Source: Escherichia phage vB_EcoM_WFL6982. From it: 64,000 nt of DNA. Where the stretch lies: the sequence record MK373774.1, one strand, 5' to 3'. Both the position numbers and the translations under genes were made by a program. Below, one piece after another: positions 35,934-45,275 of the stretch; positions within the stretch are counted from its first letter, which is position 1; each line of letters begins with the position of its first letter. The notes under the pieces were generated by a model. It did no database searches, was not told the DNA's origin, and saw only the letters and a program-made list of their open reading frames with translations.

Positions 35934-35959
35934 AAAGCCCCAACCTTTCGGAAGGGGCT
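35931..35959 (-). terminator. Rho-independent terminator (GC-rich stem, GNRA loop, U5)
   Basis: Minus strand AGCCCC-TT-CC-GAAA-GG-TT-GGGGCT followed by TTTTTG, ~50 nt downstream of the tRNA-like element. Approximate coordinates. Confidence 0.6.
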
Positions 35960-36010
35960 ATGCCTTGCGGCAACCTTGTCGGGGTTCCACCTGCTAAGGC
36001 AAGTGTTTGT

Positions 36011-36102
36011 ACGAAACGCCGGGATTTGAACCCGGTTATTAAGTAGTTGACGCTACTCAATATTTTTAAAAGGCCATATCTCGACCATATCCGAACGTTC
36101 CG
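36011..36102 (-). ncRNA. tRNA-like RNA element (canonical T-arm and 7-bp acceptor stem, no canonical anticodon arm)
   Basis: Minus strand has T-arm CCGGG-TTCAAAT-CCCGG, then 3' acceptor CGTTTCG pairing with 5' CGGAACG 92 nt upstream; the interior cannot be folded into a standard D/anticodon cloverleaf. Approximate coordinates. Confidence 0.4.
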
Positions 36103-36270
36103 TCAAAAACGCTACTCGGCTTACGGCAAAGATATTTCCTCGAATCGATAATTCTGTGCGCCGTTTCTGCTGTGATGTAAGGGGATATTAACAAATCGTA
36201 AAGATTTATTAAGACCAGTCCTTACTCAGGGAACATCAGTCCGACGACTTACCGGTAGCGACCCGGCTTC

Positions 36271-36666
36271 TTATTTTGACATATCATCAATTTGCTCTCG
36301 ACGCCGACGCCATAGATTAATCGCTTCATTAACACATTCGGCGTTTGGTATATGACGGCAATAATATAATGATTCGCGTTTCTGGAACCGATGTTGCAAC
36401 GGGATTTCGTTTAAAAGGTCTTTACGGTCAAAGTATTCAAAACTAGTTAACCCAGAACGATTTTTAAGAAACTTCCAATGTCCGAATTCATTTTGAAAAT
36501 AGACATAATCAGCATGCTGATACAGCGAATTAATTAACCTATCGGAAATAACTGTTTCACGTTCGTTAAAATAAAATGTTAAGTCATGAACTACCAGATA
36601 AATATTGCCTTTCATATTTTCCTCACTTAAAGTTGGTGCCTCTAGAAAGATTTGAACTCTCACCAT
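36271..36666 (-). CDS. Hypothetical protein (131 aa)
   Basis: Track ORF; start may be the internal ATG (MKGNIYLVVHDL...). Confidence 0.45.
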   Translation of the reverse strand: MVRVQIFLEAPTLSEENMKGNIYLVVHDLTFYFNERETVISDRLINSLYQHADYVYFQNEFGHWKFLKNRSGLTSFEYFDRKDLLNEIPLQHRFQKRESLYYCRHIPNAECVNEAINLWRRRREQIDDMSK

Positions 36667-36694
36667 TAACCTTAGAATGATTATATGCTATCCA

Positions 36695-37366
36695 TTACAC
36701 TATAGAGGCAATTAAATTATTTACAATATCTTCTTTATAAACTTCAGCATAATGAAGTTCATATATTTCCCATCCTAATGATTTTATAATATCATGGCGT
36801 TCTTTATAATAAGGGGCCAAAATCTTTTTCTTAGGATTGGAGTAATGTTGGTTTCCATTAACTTCAATAATAATCTTTTTATCTATTAAAGCAATATCCG
36901 TGCAATACGCTCGGTTTTTAACCGGTTGGTATTCTTCAATAAATGAAATTCCATTTTCTATTAATTTAGATTTCAAAAATTCACAAGGCACAGATTTAAA
37001 TTTTGTATTTTTCTTCCAAGGATGTTTATCGGGGTTTTCATTCAACCATTTTTTCCGAGCATTAGATATTTTTATTCTAGCTTCCTCAGAGTGTTCTCTA
37101 CCTAATGAAGCGGCTGACAATTTTTGTCTAGTCTCTTCCGAAATTACTACAGGAACACCAGTCTTTTTAGATACAACATACTGGTTTAAATTACCTGAAG
37201 CTATACGTGCTTTATTCATTGCTGCAATGGCTGATTTAGAACTTTCTTTATACAATTCCAATTTAGGGTTGGATTTACACCATCTAGTGTGGTTAGCCAT
37301 CCATCCTTTAGGTTTATTAGAAATATCAAATTCCATATTACAATGTTTACAAATGCTCATTACCAA
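36695..37366 (-). CDS. Putative endonuclease: N-terminal zinc ribbon plus C-terminal DUF559/Vsr-like nuclease domain
   Basis: N-terminal CKHC...HTRWC; C-terminal DIALIDKKIIIEVNGNQHY...RHDIIKSLGWEIYEL fits the D...EhxG.QH...R...GW pattern of DUF559-type nucleases. Lies next to the tRNA genes. Confidence 0.45.
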   Translation of the reverse strand: MVMSICKHCNMEFDISNKPKGWMANHTRWCKSNPKLELYKESSKSAIAAMNKARIASGNLNQYVVSKKTGVPVVISEETRQKLSAASLGREHSEEARIKISNARKKWLNENPDKHPWKKNTKFKSVPCEFLKSKLIENGISFIEEYQPVKNRAYCTDIALIDKKIIIEVNGNQHYSNPKKKILAPYYKERHDIIKSLGWEIYELHYAEVYKEDIVNNLIASIV

Positions 37367-37434
37367 TTATCTCCTATAAAATATAGGAGTATTTATTATT
37401 TGGATAGAGCACTTAATTTACTTCGTTTAAATTA

Positions 37435-37506
37435 CTGGCGCACTTGGACTCGAACCAAGATAAAGGAGTTAACAGCTCCCCGTAATAACCTTTATACGAT
37501 GCACCA
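37435..37506 (-). tRNA. tRNA-Asn (anticodon GTT)
   Basis: Hand-folded cloverleaf: acceptor TGGTGCA/TGCGCCA, anticodon stem GGGAG/CTCCT with loop CTGTTAA, T-arm CTTGG-TTCGAGT-CCAAG; no encoded CCA. Approximate coordinates. Confidence 0.7.
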
Positions 37507-37512
37507 TTTGTT

Positions 37513-37587
37513 TGGTGACCCTGGCTGGTTTCGATCCAGCTACCTATCAGTTATGAGCTGACAGCTCTCCCATTGAGCTACAGGGCC
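37513..37587 (-). tRNA. tRNA with CAT anticodon (Met, or Ile if lysidine-modified)
   Basis: Hand-folded: acceptor GGCCCTG/CAGGGTC, D-arm GCTC-AATGGGA-GAGC, anticodon stem GTCAG/CTGAT with loop CTCATAA, T-arm GCTGG-ATCGAAA-CCAGC, encoded CCA. Approximate coordinates. Confidence 0.75.
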
Positions 37588-37666
37588 TAAATAACTTTCT
37601 ATTATGAAAGGCACTTTAGAGCACCTTTGGTAATAGAGGGTATGAATTAATAATAACACATAATTC

Positions 37667-38182
37667 TTAAAGCAAATCAATCATTTTAACAGTTGGCAAA
37701 ACGATTTCTTCTTCAATATAAGCAAATTCAACACATTCAACTACACGCAAGAAATCATAATCATAATATTCAGAAGCATGACCAAGAATATCAATGAGAC
37801 CTTCTGATACTAAATATCCATTCTCATGGAACAGGTCAAATACACGCGATTCGTCTTCTTCAGATTTATTACCAAGGTCGACTTCAATATCAAAGACCTT
37901 TTTAATGAATTCTGGATAAAGCTGGTCTGAGAACAATCCTTCAACCAAGTATTCATAGATTAAAAGCGAACAATCACTGAATAGTGTATTACCACAGTAA
38001 TGTTCAGCTTTAGTGCTAGAATGACGACTCTTAAATTTCTTCAAGAGATATTTAAACTGTTGGAGCTCATGCTCTTCCACTTCAAACAATGTTTTGGTTT
38101 TATAGTTGTCACCATCATTTTCATAGGTAGTGACATCAATTACGTAACCCTTAGGAATTGTACTGCCTAAACAAATATTCAT
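37667..38182 (-). CDS. Hypothetical acidic protein (171 aa)
   Basis: Track ORF. Confidence 0.45.
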   Translation of the reverse strand: MNICLGSTIPKGYVIDVTTYENDGDNYKTKTLFEVEEHELQQFKYLLKKFKSRHSSTKAEHYCGNTLFSDCSLLIYEYLVEGLFSDQLYPEFIKKVFDIEVDLGNKSEEDESRVFDLFHENGYLVSEGLIDILGHASEYYDYDFLRVVECVEFAYIEEEIVLPTVKMIDLL

Positions 38183-38186
38183 TTAC

Positions 38187-38477
38187 TCACCGTACCATAT
38201 TAATGTAATTATATTCAATGCAACGTAATTTCAAAGGATTCTTGAAAATATCATATTCAAGAGGACCTTTTTCTGTTTCAATAAAGAAATCAAAGTTCAC
38301 ACTATTAAATTTGCGGTCTTCCCAAAGTAATTTAACCTGTGAAGATGAACGGTCGACGTAAACCTTTTCAACTTCAAAGTGGGTCAAAATACCATAGTAA
38401 TCGACTAGTGCTTTAGCTGCAGCTCGGTCGCTTTCATATCCATTCTCAACGGATTTTACCTTAGCATAAAGAATCAT
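38187..38477 (-). CDS. Hypothetical protein (96 aa)
   Basis: Track ORF. Confidence 0.45.
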   Translation of the reverse strand: MILYAKVKSVENGYESDRAAAKALVDYYGILTHFEVEKVYVDRSSSQVKLLWEDRKFNSVNFDFFIETEKGPLEYDIFKNPLKLRCIEYNYINMVR

Positions 38478-38860
38478 GAATGTTCCACCATTTCAAAGGT
38501 ATGAGCATCAACAATATGATACCAGTCAAAATTTTCTTCTGCGTTTTTATAAATTTCGCGAAGAGCTTCAACAGTTTTTCCTGTAGCAACAAGGTCGTCA
38601 ATACCGCCAAGAGGATAACAGTCACCAGCAAACAGAAGGAAATTAATAGTTTCTGTAGGTTCTGTAGGTTCTGGATGCAGAACACCATTATCATCTACTA
38701 CTTCAAAGAATGTGTAAGAAGGAGTACAAGTTTTAATCCAGGCCCATGCTTGAGCTGCTGAATCAAACGGATTACGGAATAAACGACAATCCGGGTCTTT
38801 AGAAGGATTTGCTTCAAAATCCGCATATATGTGATATTTCATTTTACTCACCTTTTGCAA
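38474..38860 (-). CDS. Hypothetical protein (128 aa) with short PTE repeat
   Basis: Track ORF; contains HPEPTEPTET encoded by a 9-bp tandem DNA repeat near 38640-38665. Confidence 0.45.
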   Translation of the reverse strand: MQKVSKMKYHIYADFEANPSKDPDCRLFRNPFDSAAQAWAWIKTCTPSYTFFEVVDDNGVLHPEPTEPTETINFLLFAGDCYPLGGIDDLVATGKTVEALREIYKNAEENFDWYHIVDAHTFEMVEHS

Positions 38861-39029
38861 TTTTATCCATAACGATAGCGATTAAGCCGATTAGAAATGC
38901 TACTACCAATGAGATAGAGTTTTCAGTTGTTGTCAGTAGTCCACAAATGAATCCTACAAACATCGAAAAACTAAAAGCCATTGAAGCAATTACTACAGCA
39001 ACATTACGAATCAGTTCAGCGCGTTTCAT
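38844..39029 (-). CDS. Small membrane protein (~61 aa)
   Basis: Track ORF 38844..39041; second ATG has a TGGAGAA SD. Single TM helix VAVVIASMAFSFSMFVGFICGLL. Confidence 0.45.
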   Translation of the reverse strand: MKRAELIRNVAVVIASMAFSFSMFVGFICGLLTTTENSISLVVAFLIGLIAIVMDKIAKGE

Positions 39030-39065
39030 TTTATTCTCCATTTACTCATTTGATTTGATAGGACT

Positions 39066-39095
39066 ACTATAACATAGTCCTATCAGCATGTAAAC
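39066..39095 (-). promoter_or_regulatory. T4 early-type promoter centred in a 10-bp perfect inverted repeat
   Basis: Minus strand GTTTACATGCT-GATAGGACTA-TGTTATAG-TAGTCCTATC-AAATCAAA, directly after the ipI-like stop. Approximate coordinates. Confidence 0.55.
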
Positions 39096-39098
39096 TAC

Positions 39099-39386
39099 TT
39101 ACAGAAGAGTTTTTGCAATAATTTTAAGCTGAGCTACAGAAATATGCTTAGCTTTAAACAGTGCAGTCTCTTCGGCCGGAGAGATAACAATAGTAGCGCC
39201 GTCTTTCTTAGCAGACCATCCATCCCCTAAGTAAACAGTACCTTTTACTTCTTCGCCGTCAACCAGGCTAATCATTGGTTTACCCTCACGTCCTTTATTT
39301 GCTTTAATAACTTCGGAAGTAAGGGTTGCTTCGGTCAGAGTAGAAACGTTAGCAAAAGGTGATATAAATTCTTTATAGGATTTCAT
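39099..39386 (-). CDS. Internal protein (capsid-targeted, IPI-like position)
   Basis: N-terminus MKSYKEFISPFANVSTLTEATLTSE (CTS-like); 95 aa; adjacent to 57B as ipI is in T4. Confidence 0.55.
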   Translation of the reverse strand: MKSYKEFISPFANVSTLTEATLTSEVIKANKGREGKPMISLVDGEEVKGTVYLGDGWSAKKDGATIVISPAEETALFKAKHISVAQLKIIAKTLL

Positions 39387-39420
39387 TTTATTTCCTTGAG
39401 GTTATTTATTTGATAGGATG

Positions 39421-39450
39421 ATAGTATCACACCATCATCCTTATGTAAAC
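39421..39450 (-). promoter_or_regulatory. T4 early-type promoter (GTTTAC, 18 bp, TACTAT) with GGATGA/TCATCC arms
   Basis: Minus strand GTTTACATAA-GGATGATGG-TGTGATACTA-TCATCCTATCA upstream of the ipI-like gene. Approximate coordinates. Confidence 0.5.
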
Positions 39451-39463
39451 TGTTTTGTGAAAA

Positions 39464-40149
<686 letters not shown>

Positions 40150-40153
40150 TTTA

Positions 40154-40888
40154 TTACCTTAAGATTGTTTCAATTTTAGAATAAAGCTCTTCTAAAGAGC
40201 CGTCGTTTGTAATAACTAAATCGCCTTCTTCAATAGGCAACCCAGCTTCTGTAATATGTTTATCGGTGGATTCCGTACCAGAGCGAACCACATGAATAAC
40301 TGTAGCACCCATCGCTCTAGCGGTTTCCATTTCATGGACTTGGCGTGTATCGGTCACAACGTAGTAATCGAAATCACTTCCAATATAATCCATATAGTTT
40401 AATGCAAAAAGCTTAACCCAATACATACGGTCAAATAAATTAACGACAACATCCGTACCGAGGGCTTGCATAAGACGGCGGATCGACCACGTGTCGTTGA
40501 TATTATTTATAGCTTCACGCAGGGCTTCGTACGGTTTAATATCTAGATATGAGTATCCACCTTCTAGTGATGATAATACGTTAACACCATTAATTGGCAG
40601 GTATTGTCGTTGTAAATAAATTAGCGTTTCTTCCATTAATTCAATAACATCCAATTTATTGAGATTTAATGGTGTTTCACGGTCGTATCCAATGCCTTCA
40701 AAGTATTCATATTTCAACTCGGTGAATACATCAGGGTTTTCGGCATGTTTACGCTCCCAAGCTATTGCTAGAGCGTCTTTAATTGGATATGCTAATTGAT
40801 ATTTTACGGATTTAAAGTTTGAATTGATGTAATCAGCAGTGGTGTCTTTACCACTACGTTTGATGCCGCTTAAAAAGATTAGCTCCAT
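40154..40888 (-). CDS. 1: Deoxynucleoside monophosphate kinase gp1
   Basis: 244 aa; P-loop LSGIKRSGKDTTA; T4 gp1-like throughout (...ITNDGSLEELYSKIETILR). Confidence 0.95.
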   Translation of the reverse strand: MELIFLSGIKRSGKDTTADYINSNFKSVKYQLAYPIKDALAIAWERKHAENPDVFTELKYEYFEGIGYDRETPLNLNKLDVIELMEETLIYLQRQYLPINGVNVLSSLEGGYSYLDIKPYEALREAINNINDTWSIRRLMQALGTDVVVNLFDRMYWVKLFALNYMDYIGSDFDYYVVTDTRQVHEMETARAMGATVIHVVRSGTESTDKHITEAGLPIEEGDLVITNDGSLEELYSKIETILR

Positions 40889-40941
40889 AGGTTTTCCTCA
40901 TATAATTTATGAGTGATTATAACATACGGAGCTAGAAGCGA

Positions 40942-41526
40942 TTAACGCAAGGAAGGGTGACTAGAAATGGATTTAGATTCGGCAGCTTGACGTGGTTGTT
41001 GAGATACAATGACTTCACCGTCTTTTTCTATCGTCATATACGCGTAATGAATAGTTGCTACGCAAGTAACGGCAGGGTCAGAATCTTCAGTGTAACTAAA
41101 TTCAATTTCGCTCAGATCGGAAATCCATGGTTTATAGAAATTTGCCGTCAAAACTACTTCTGTTTTATTGTTGTTTAAAATGTGCAAAGTAACAAACTCA
41201 GGACCATCGGCATGGGCTGTATTATGACCAGTTATATAGTTATTAGTGCTGAGCATCCATTTATACATGTTCATCCAGGACGTCATGTCTTCATCAACTA
41301 TAAATCGTACAATAAAAGGGTCATATTCAAATGTAGTGCCTGCGCGCATTGCACGTCCTAACCCCATTGTGCCAGTCACAGTTTCAACAACAGGAATTCT
41401 CACACCTGGCAGTGGAGCCGTTTGGGCATTGAGCACAAAACCTGAAGTTCGTGTACTATCTGGGATATCCACAACAAAGTTTGTTATATTTGTTTGGTTA
41501 AAAATCTGTCTCGCTGGACGAGTCAT
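40942..41526 (-). CDS. 3: Tail tube terminator / sheath stabiliser gp3
   Basis: Track ORF 40942..41532; position between genes 1 and 2 as in T4. Confidence 0.8.
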   Translation of the reverse strand: MTRPARQIFNQTNITNFVVDIPDSTRTSGFVLNAQTAPLPGVRIPVVETVTGTMGLGRAMRAGTTFEYDPFIVRFIVDEDMTSWMNMYKWMLSTNNYITGHNTAHADGPEFVTLHILNNNKTEVVLTANFYKPWISDLSEIEFSYTEDSDPAVTCVATIHYAYMTIEKDGEVIVSQQPRQAAESKSISSHPSLR

Positions 41527-41628
41527 AAGCACCTCAAAAACGCTTTAATAAAAATGCAGTATAATGGTTTTAGGTCTCTTCCATTAATCTGGTTCAACAG
41601 AATATCAGAAGAACGGAAGAGAATAGAA

Positions 41629-42450
41629 TTAAGATTTCCAAACAGTATTCGCAGAGAAACGTTTTCCTTTTGACATAAACTGCTGAGTAGGTAACATGAT
41701 TATGTTAGCCCAGTCTTTAGGAGCTATTTCTGTTATTGTTCCTCTAATGTGGCCTGGCAGGTATGCTTTAATCATTTTGTCAGCACCTTGAAATCCTTTC
41801 ACCTTGCTCCAGTCTATCTTCAACTTTGTGTTATTAGTAATAGTAGTTGTGCTAGCATATTGCTTCAGCAATTCTTCAAGAAACTGTTGACGTGCTTTAG
41901 GTGGGATATAGTGCAAGTTTAACCCGTACATCAAATTATGTTTACCTAATCCTAAATAAATAATCAAAGGATATCGGTCCCAATACGGCAGAGTATCTTT
42001 ATGTTTAGCATCATACACGTAAGTATAAATTTTGCCTGGCGTAGGCTTGACTACTTTATGACCTTTTACACTTTTCTTAATTGTTTCAACAAACCACTTA
42101 GATGATTTGTTGTTTACTGCTGCGCCTTCATTTCTAATCTTTTCTCGTATTGAACTGCGAAACGAGTTTATCATCAGAAGTTGACGTTCTTGCTTATTGA
42201 GTTTATTTTTAGGTTTAGATTCAAGCGTTTCAATTTTCTGTGCAGTCTTAATAGATGATGCATATCTAGACATTGCAGATGTAAACGACGAGTATTTTAT
42301 TCCTTTTGATTCTGCAAATGCTTTTGCAGTGATTCCTTTCTCTTTAGCTTTCTTGTATTCTAATCCTATCTCAATCCATTTTCTTTCATTCATAGACTGA
42401 GCAATCTTAGGGGCTTGTACGCCTTCAGATATAATTTGGAATATGCTCAT
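41629..42450 (-). CDS. 2: DNA end protector gp2
   Basis: 273 aa, basic; T4 gp2 length and position. Confidence 0.85.
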   Translation of the reverse strand: MSIFQIISEGVQAPKIAQSMNERKWIEIGLEYKKAKEKGITAKAFAESKGIKYSSFTSAMSRYASSIKTAQKIETLESKPKNKLNKQERQLLMINSFRSSIREKIRNEGAAVNNKSSKWFVETIKKSVKGHKVVKPTPGKIYTYVYDAKHKDTLPYWDRYPLIIYLGLGKHNLMYGLNLHYIPPKARQQFLEELLKQYASTTTITNNTKLKIDWSKVKGFQGADKMIKAYLPGHIRGTITEIAPKDWANIIMLPTQQFMSKGKRFSANTVWKS

Positions 42451-42452
42451 AA

Positions 42453-42902
42453 TTACCCCTTGTATCCGAGTTTTCTAAGACCGTCTTCGGTTAGAACTCG
42501 AAATTTTATATTTCTCTTTTCTGCGACAGCAGAAGCAGCTTTCCATTTATCACAGTTCACAGACCACACGTAGATCTCGTTCATATAACGTTTCTTTGCT
42601 GCAGTCGTAAGATTCGCCGGTTTAATAGGTGGCTGAGTTTCTTTCTTTGGTTTTATTTCTACAAAAAACTCTTGACCTGATGCATCTTTCATCCATATGT
42701 CCATATAGTATCGACGTTTCTTACCTTCGGCATTACAAAAATATGGAATTACTGCTGTTTCACTACCCCATGCAATAATTTCTGGATTTTTATCCAACCA
42801 TTCGAAAAAGAATTTTTCCCAGTTTGAACGATACGTTATTTTGGTATGGTCTCCACGGTATTTTTTTAAATTTTTTGGGACCCATTTACCAGAGTAGGCC
42901 AT
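42453..42902 (-). CDS. 4: Head completion protein gp4
   Basis: Track ORF 42453..43046; internal [24 protein letters not shown]... gives 150 aa as in T4 gp4, with a late promoter just upstream. Confidence 0.85.
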   Translation of the reverse strand: MAYSGKWVPKNLKKYRGDHTKITYRSNWEKFFFEWLDKNPEIIAWGSETAVIPYFCNAEGKKRRYYMDIWMKDASGQEFFVEIKPKKETQPPIKPANLTTAAKKRYMNEIYVWSVNCDKWKAASAVAEKRNIKFRVLTEDGLRKLGYKG

Positions 42903-42913
42903 GTTGTCCTCCT

Positions 42914-42921
42914 TATAAATA
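42914..42921 (+). promoter_or_regulatory. Late promoter TATAAATA for gene 53
   Basis: Exact TATAAATA ~43 nt upstream of gene 53; divergent from the gene 4 late promoter. Confidence 0.6.
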
Positions 42922-42928
42922 GTATTAT

Positions 42929-42936
42929 TATTTATA
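42929..42936 (-). promoter_or_regulatory. Late promoter TATAAATA (minus strand) for gene 4
   Basis: Plus-strand tatttata is the reverse complement of the T4 late consensus; ~27 nt upstream of the gene 4 ATG. Approximate coordinates. Confidence 0.6.
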
Positions 42937-42963
42937 CCAATTTCATATTGGAAGGAGACTATC

Positions 42964-43539
42964 TTGTTATTTACATTCTTCGACCCAATAGGATATAGTG
43001 CTAAAACCATTAATAAGAATGCACCTACTATTCCTATGACAGACATATTTCGTAACTATAAAGAGTACTTTAAGCGTGTTGCTGCCAATTATAGATTACG
43101 TTCTTATTATATTAAAGGCTCTCCACGTCCTGAAGAACTAGCGAATATCATTTATGGCAACCCTCAATTATACTGGGTTCTTTTGATGTGCAACGATAAC
43201 TACGACCCGTATTATGGTTGGATTACATCTCAGGAAGCAGCGTATCAAGCTTCTATTCAGAAATATGCAAATGCAGGCGGCGACCAAATTCTTTATCATA
43301 TTAATGAAAATCGTGAGAAATTTTACAACTTAGTTTCATATCCAGATGAGCCATTAGTATGGTATGATAAAGGCGATAAAGCTCGTAAGTATCCGCAATA
43401 TAAAGGACCTTTAGCTGCAGTAGATACTTATGAAGCGGCAGTATTAGATAATGAAAAACTTCGTAAAATAAAAATTGTTGCAAAAGAAGATATAAACTCG
43501 TTTATCACAGATTTGATTCGTGAGATGGAGATTGCATAA
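42964..43539 (+). CDS. 53: Baseplate wedge protein gp53
   Basis: 191 aa MLFTFFDPIGY...; T4 gp53-like; start codon appears to be TTG after an AGGAGA SD. Confidence 0.9.
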   Translation: MLFTFFDPIGYSAKTINKNAPTIPMTDIFRNYKEYFKRVAANYRLRSYYIKGSPRPEELANIIYGNPQLYWVLLMCNDNYDPYYGWITSQEAAYQASIQKYANAGGDQILYHINENREKFYNLVSYPDEPLVWYDKGDKARKYPQYKGPLAAVDTYEAAVLDNEKLRKIKIVAKEDINSFITDLIREMEIA

Positions 43540-45272
43540 TGGAAATGATTAGTAGTAGCCTTAATTGGTTTGTGGGTGTTGTTGAAGACAGAATGGACCC
43601 ATTGAAACAAGGGCGTGTTCGAGTACGAGTCGTAGGCCTGCATCCAGCACAGAGAGCACAAGGTGATGTACAAGGTATTCCTACAGAAAAACTTCCATGG
43701 ATGACTGTTATTCAACCTATTACGTCTGCATCAATGTCGGGTATTGGCGGATCTGTTACAGGCCCTGTTGAAGGAACTCGAGTATATGGTCATTTCTTAG
43801 ACAAATGGAAAACAAACGGTATTGTACTCGGTACGTATGGCGGAATTGTACGTGAAAAACCTAATAGACTAGAAGGTTTTTCCGACCCGACAGGTCAGTA
43901 TCCGCGACGTTTAGGTAATGATACGAACGTATTAAACCAAGGTGGTGAAGCTGGTTATTATTCGAACTCTAACGTAATTCAAGATAACAACTTAGATTAT
44001 GGTATAAACCCAGATGATACAGATTTAGCAAATATTCCAGAAGATGATGACCCTAATTTTACAATAACAGAAATGTTACGTCGTGACGAAGGTCTTCGTG
44101 ATAAAGTGTATTGGGACCATCTCGGGTATCCTACAGTAGGTATTGGACACCTTATCGTAATGGAAAAGACCCGAGATATGTCTCGAATTAATAAATTGTT
44201 ATCTGATCAAGTAGGGCGTGAAGTAACAGGAAATCCGGGAACTATTACATTAGAAGAAGCAACAGCGTTATTTGAGAAAGACCTTGCTAAGATGCAGAAA
44301 GACATTCGTTCTAATTCTAAAGTAGGTCCTGTTTATGCTAAAATGAACAGATCTCGCCAAATGGCATTAGAAAACATGTGCTTCCAAATGGGCGTTGGTG
44401 GCGTAGCAAAATTCAATACTATGCTTAACGCAATGGCCGCAGGTGATTGGAAAACTGCATACAAATCTGGGCGCGATTCATTATGGTTCCAACAGACTAA
44501 AGGACGCGCTTCACGTGTAACAACAATTATTTTAACCGGTAACATGGAATCATACGGTGTTCCTGTTAAAACACCGCCTTCACCAGGAGTTGGTGCTGAT
44601 TTAGTTACTAGAAATACCGATCCAGAAGACCCGGCTGGTCCTCCTGTTCCATTAGATTCACGTATCCTTTTTAAAGAACCGGAATCAAGTTATCGTGGTG
44701 AGTATCCATACGTTCATGCTATGGAAACAGAAAGTGGTCATATCCAAGAATTTGATGACACTCCAGGTAATGAACGTTATCGCTTAGTTCATCCAACAGG
44801 GTCATATGAGGAAGTTTCTCCATCCGGCCGTCGTACTCGTAAAACTGTAGAAGACCTTTTTGACATCACTAATGGTGATGGGAACTTCTTGATTTCTGGC
44901 GATAAGCTTGTTAACGTTGGTGCTAATGAAATATACTATAACATGGCAGACCGCCTCCATCAAATAGACGGCAATGACACAATCTTTATTCGTGGTAACC
45001 AAGCTAAAACTGTTGAAGGCGATGGAACTCTTTACGTTAAGGGTAATATCAAAATAGTTGTTGACGGAAATGCAGATATTCTTGTTAAAGGCGATGCTAA
45101 AACTCAGGTAGAAGGGAATCATGATTACACCGTCAACGGAAACGTTAAATGGACTGTTAATGGTAATGTTGATATGACTGTTGCCGGGGATTGGGCAGAA
45201 ACAATGTCTACAATGAGCTCAGTAGCTTCAGGACAATACACCGTTGACGGATCTCGTATTGATATTGGGTAA
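43539..45272 (+). CDS. 5: Baseplate hub and tail lysozyme gp5
   Basis: 577 aa; N-terminal OB domain, central T4-lysozyme-like domain (DEGLRDKVYWDHLGYPTVGIGHL), C-terminal beta-helix VxGxxxxx repeats. Confidence 0.95.
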   Translation: MEMISSSLNWFVGVVEDRMDPLKQGRVRVRVVGLHPAQRAQGDVQGIPTEKLPWMTVIQPITSASMSGIGGSVTGPVEGTRVYGHFLDKWKTNGIVLGTYGGIVREKPNRLEGFSDPTGQYPRRLGNDTNVLNQGGEAGYYSNSNVIQDNNLDYGINPDDTDLANIPEDDDPNFTITEMLRRDEGLRDKVYWDHLGYPTVGIGHLIVMEKTRDMSRINKLLSDQVGREVTGNPGTITLEEATALFEKDLAKMQKDIRSNSKVGPVYAKMNRSRQMALENMCFQMGVGGVAKFNTMLNAMAAGDWKTAYKSGRDSLWFQQTKGRASRVTTIILTGNMESYGVPVKTPPSPGVGADLVTRNTDPEDPAGPPVPLDSRILFKEPESSYRGEYPYVHAMETESGHIQEFDDTPGNERYRLVHPTGSYEEVSPSGRRTRKTVEDLFDITNGDGNFLISGDKLVNVGANEIYYNMADRLHQIDGNDTIFIRGNQAKTVEGDGTLYVKGNIKIVVDGNADILVKGDAKTQVEGNHDYTVNGNVKWTVNGNVDMTVAGDWAETMSTMSSVASGQYTVDGSRIDIG

Positions 45273-45275
45273 TAT

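Noticed and set aside
36011-36102. Considered calling the tRNA-like element a type II tRNA (Ser/Leu)
   Set aside because: Only the T-arm and acceptor stem are canonical; no 5-bp stem with 7-nt anticodon loop or D-arm could be folded by hand. Reported as tRNA-like ncRNA instead.
36271-36666. Possible GIY-YIG homing endonuclease (NIY...FYF near the N-terminus of ORF 36271..36666)
   Set aside because: Spacing and the absence of the NGK/YIGS elements do not fit the GIY-YIG motif; left as hypothetical.
38640-38665. Tandem 9-bp repeat (ttctgtagg, ~2.5 copies) that could suggest a repeat array
   Set aside because: It lies inside ORF 38474..38860 and simply encodes a PEPTEPTE peptide repeat; too short and uninterspaced to be CRISPR-like.
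38461-38694. Track ORF 38461..38694 (77 aa, hydrophobic)
   Set aside because: Entirely within ORF 38474..38860 in a different frame on the same strand; the hydrophobic translation is a typical AT-rich frame artefact.
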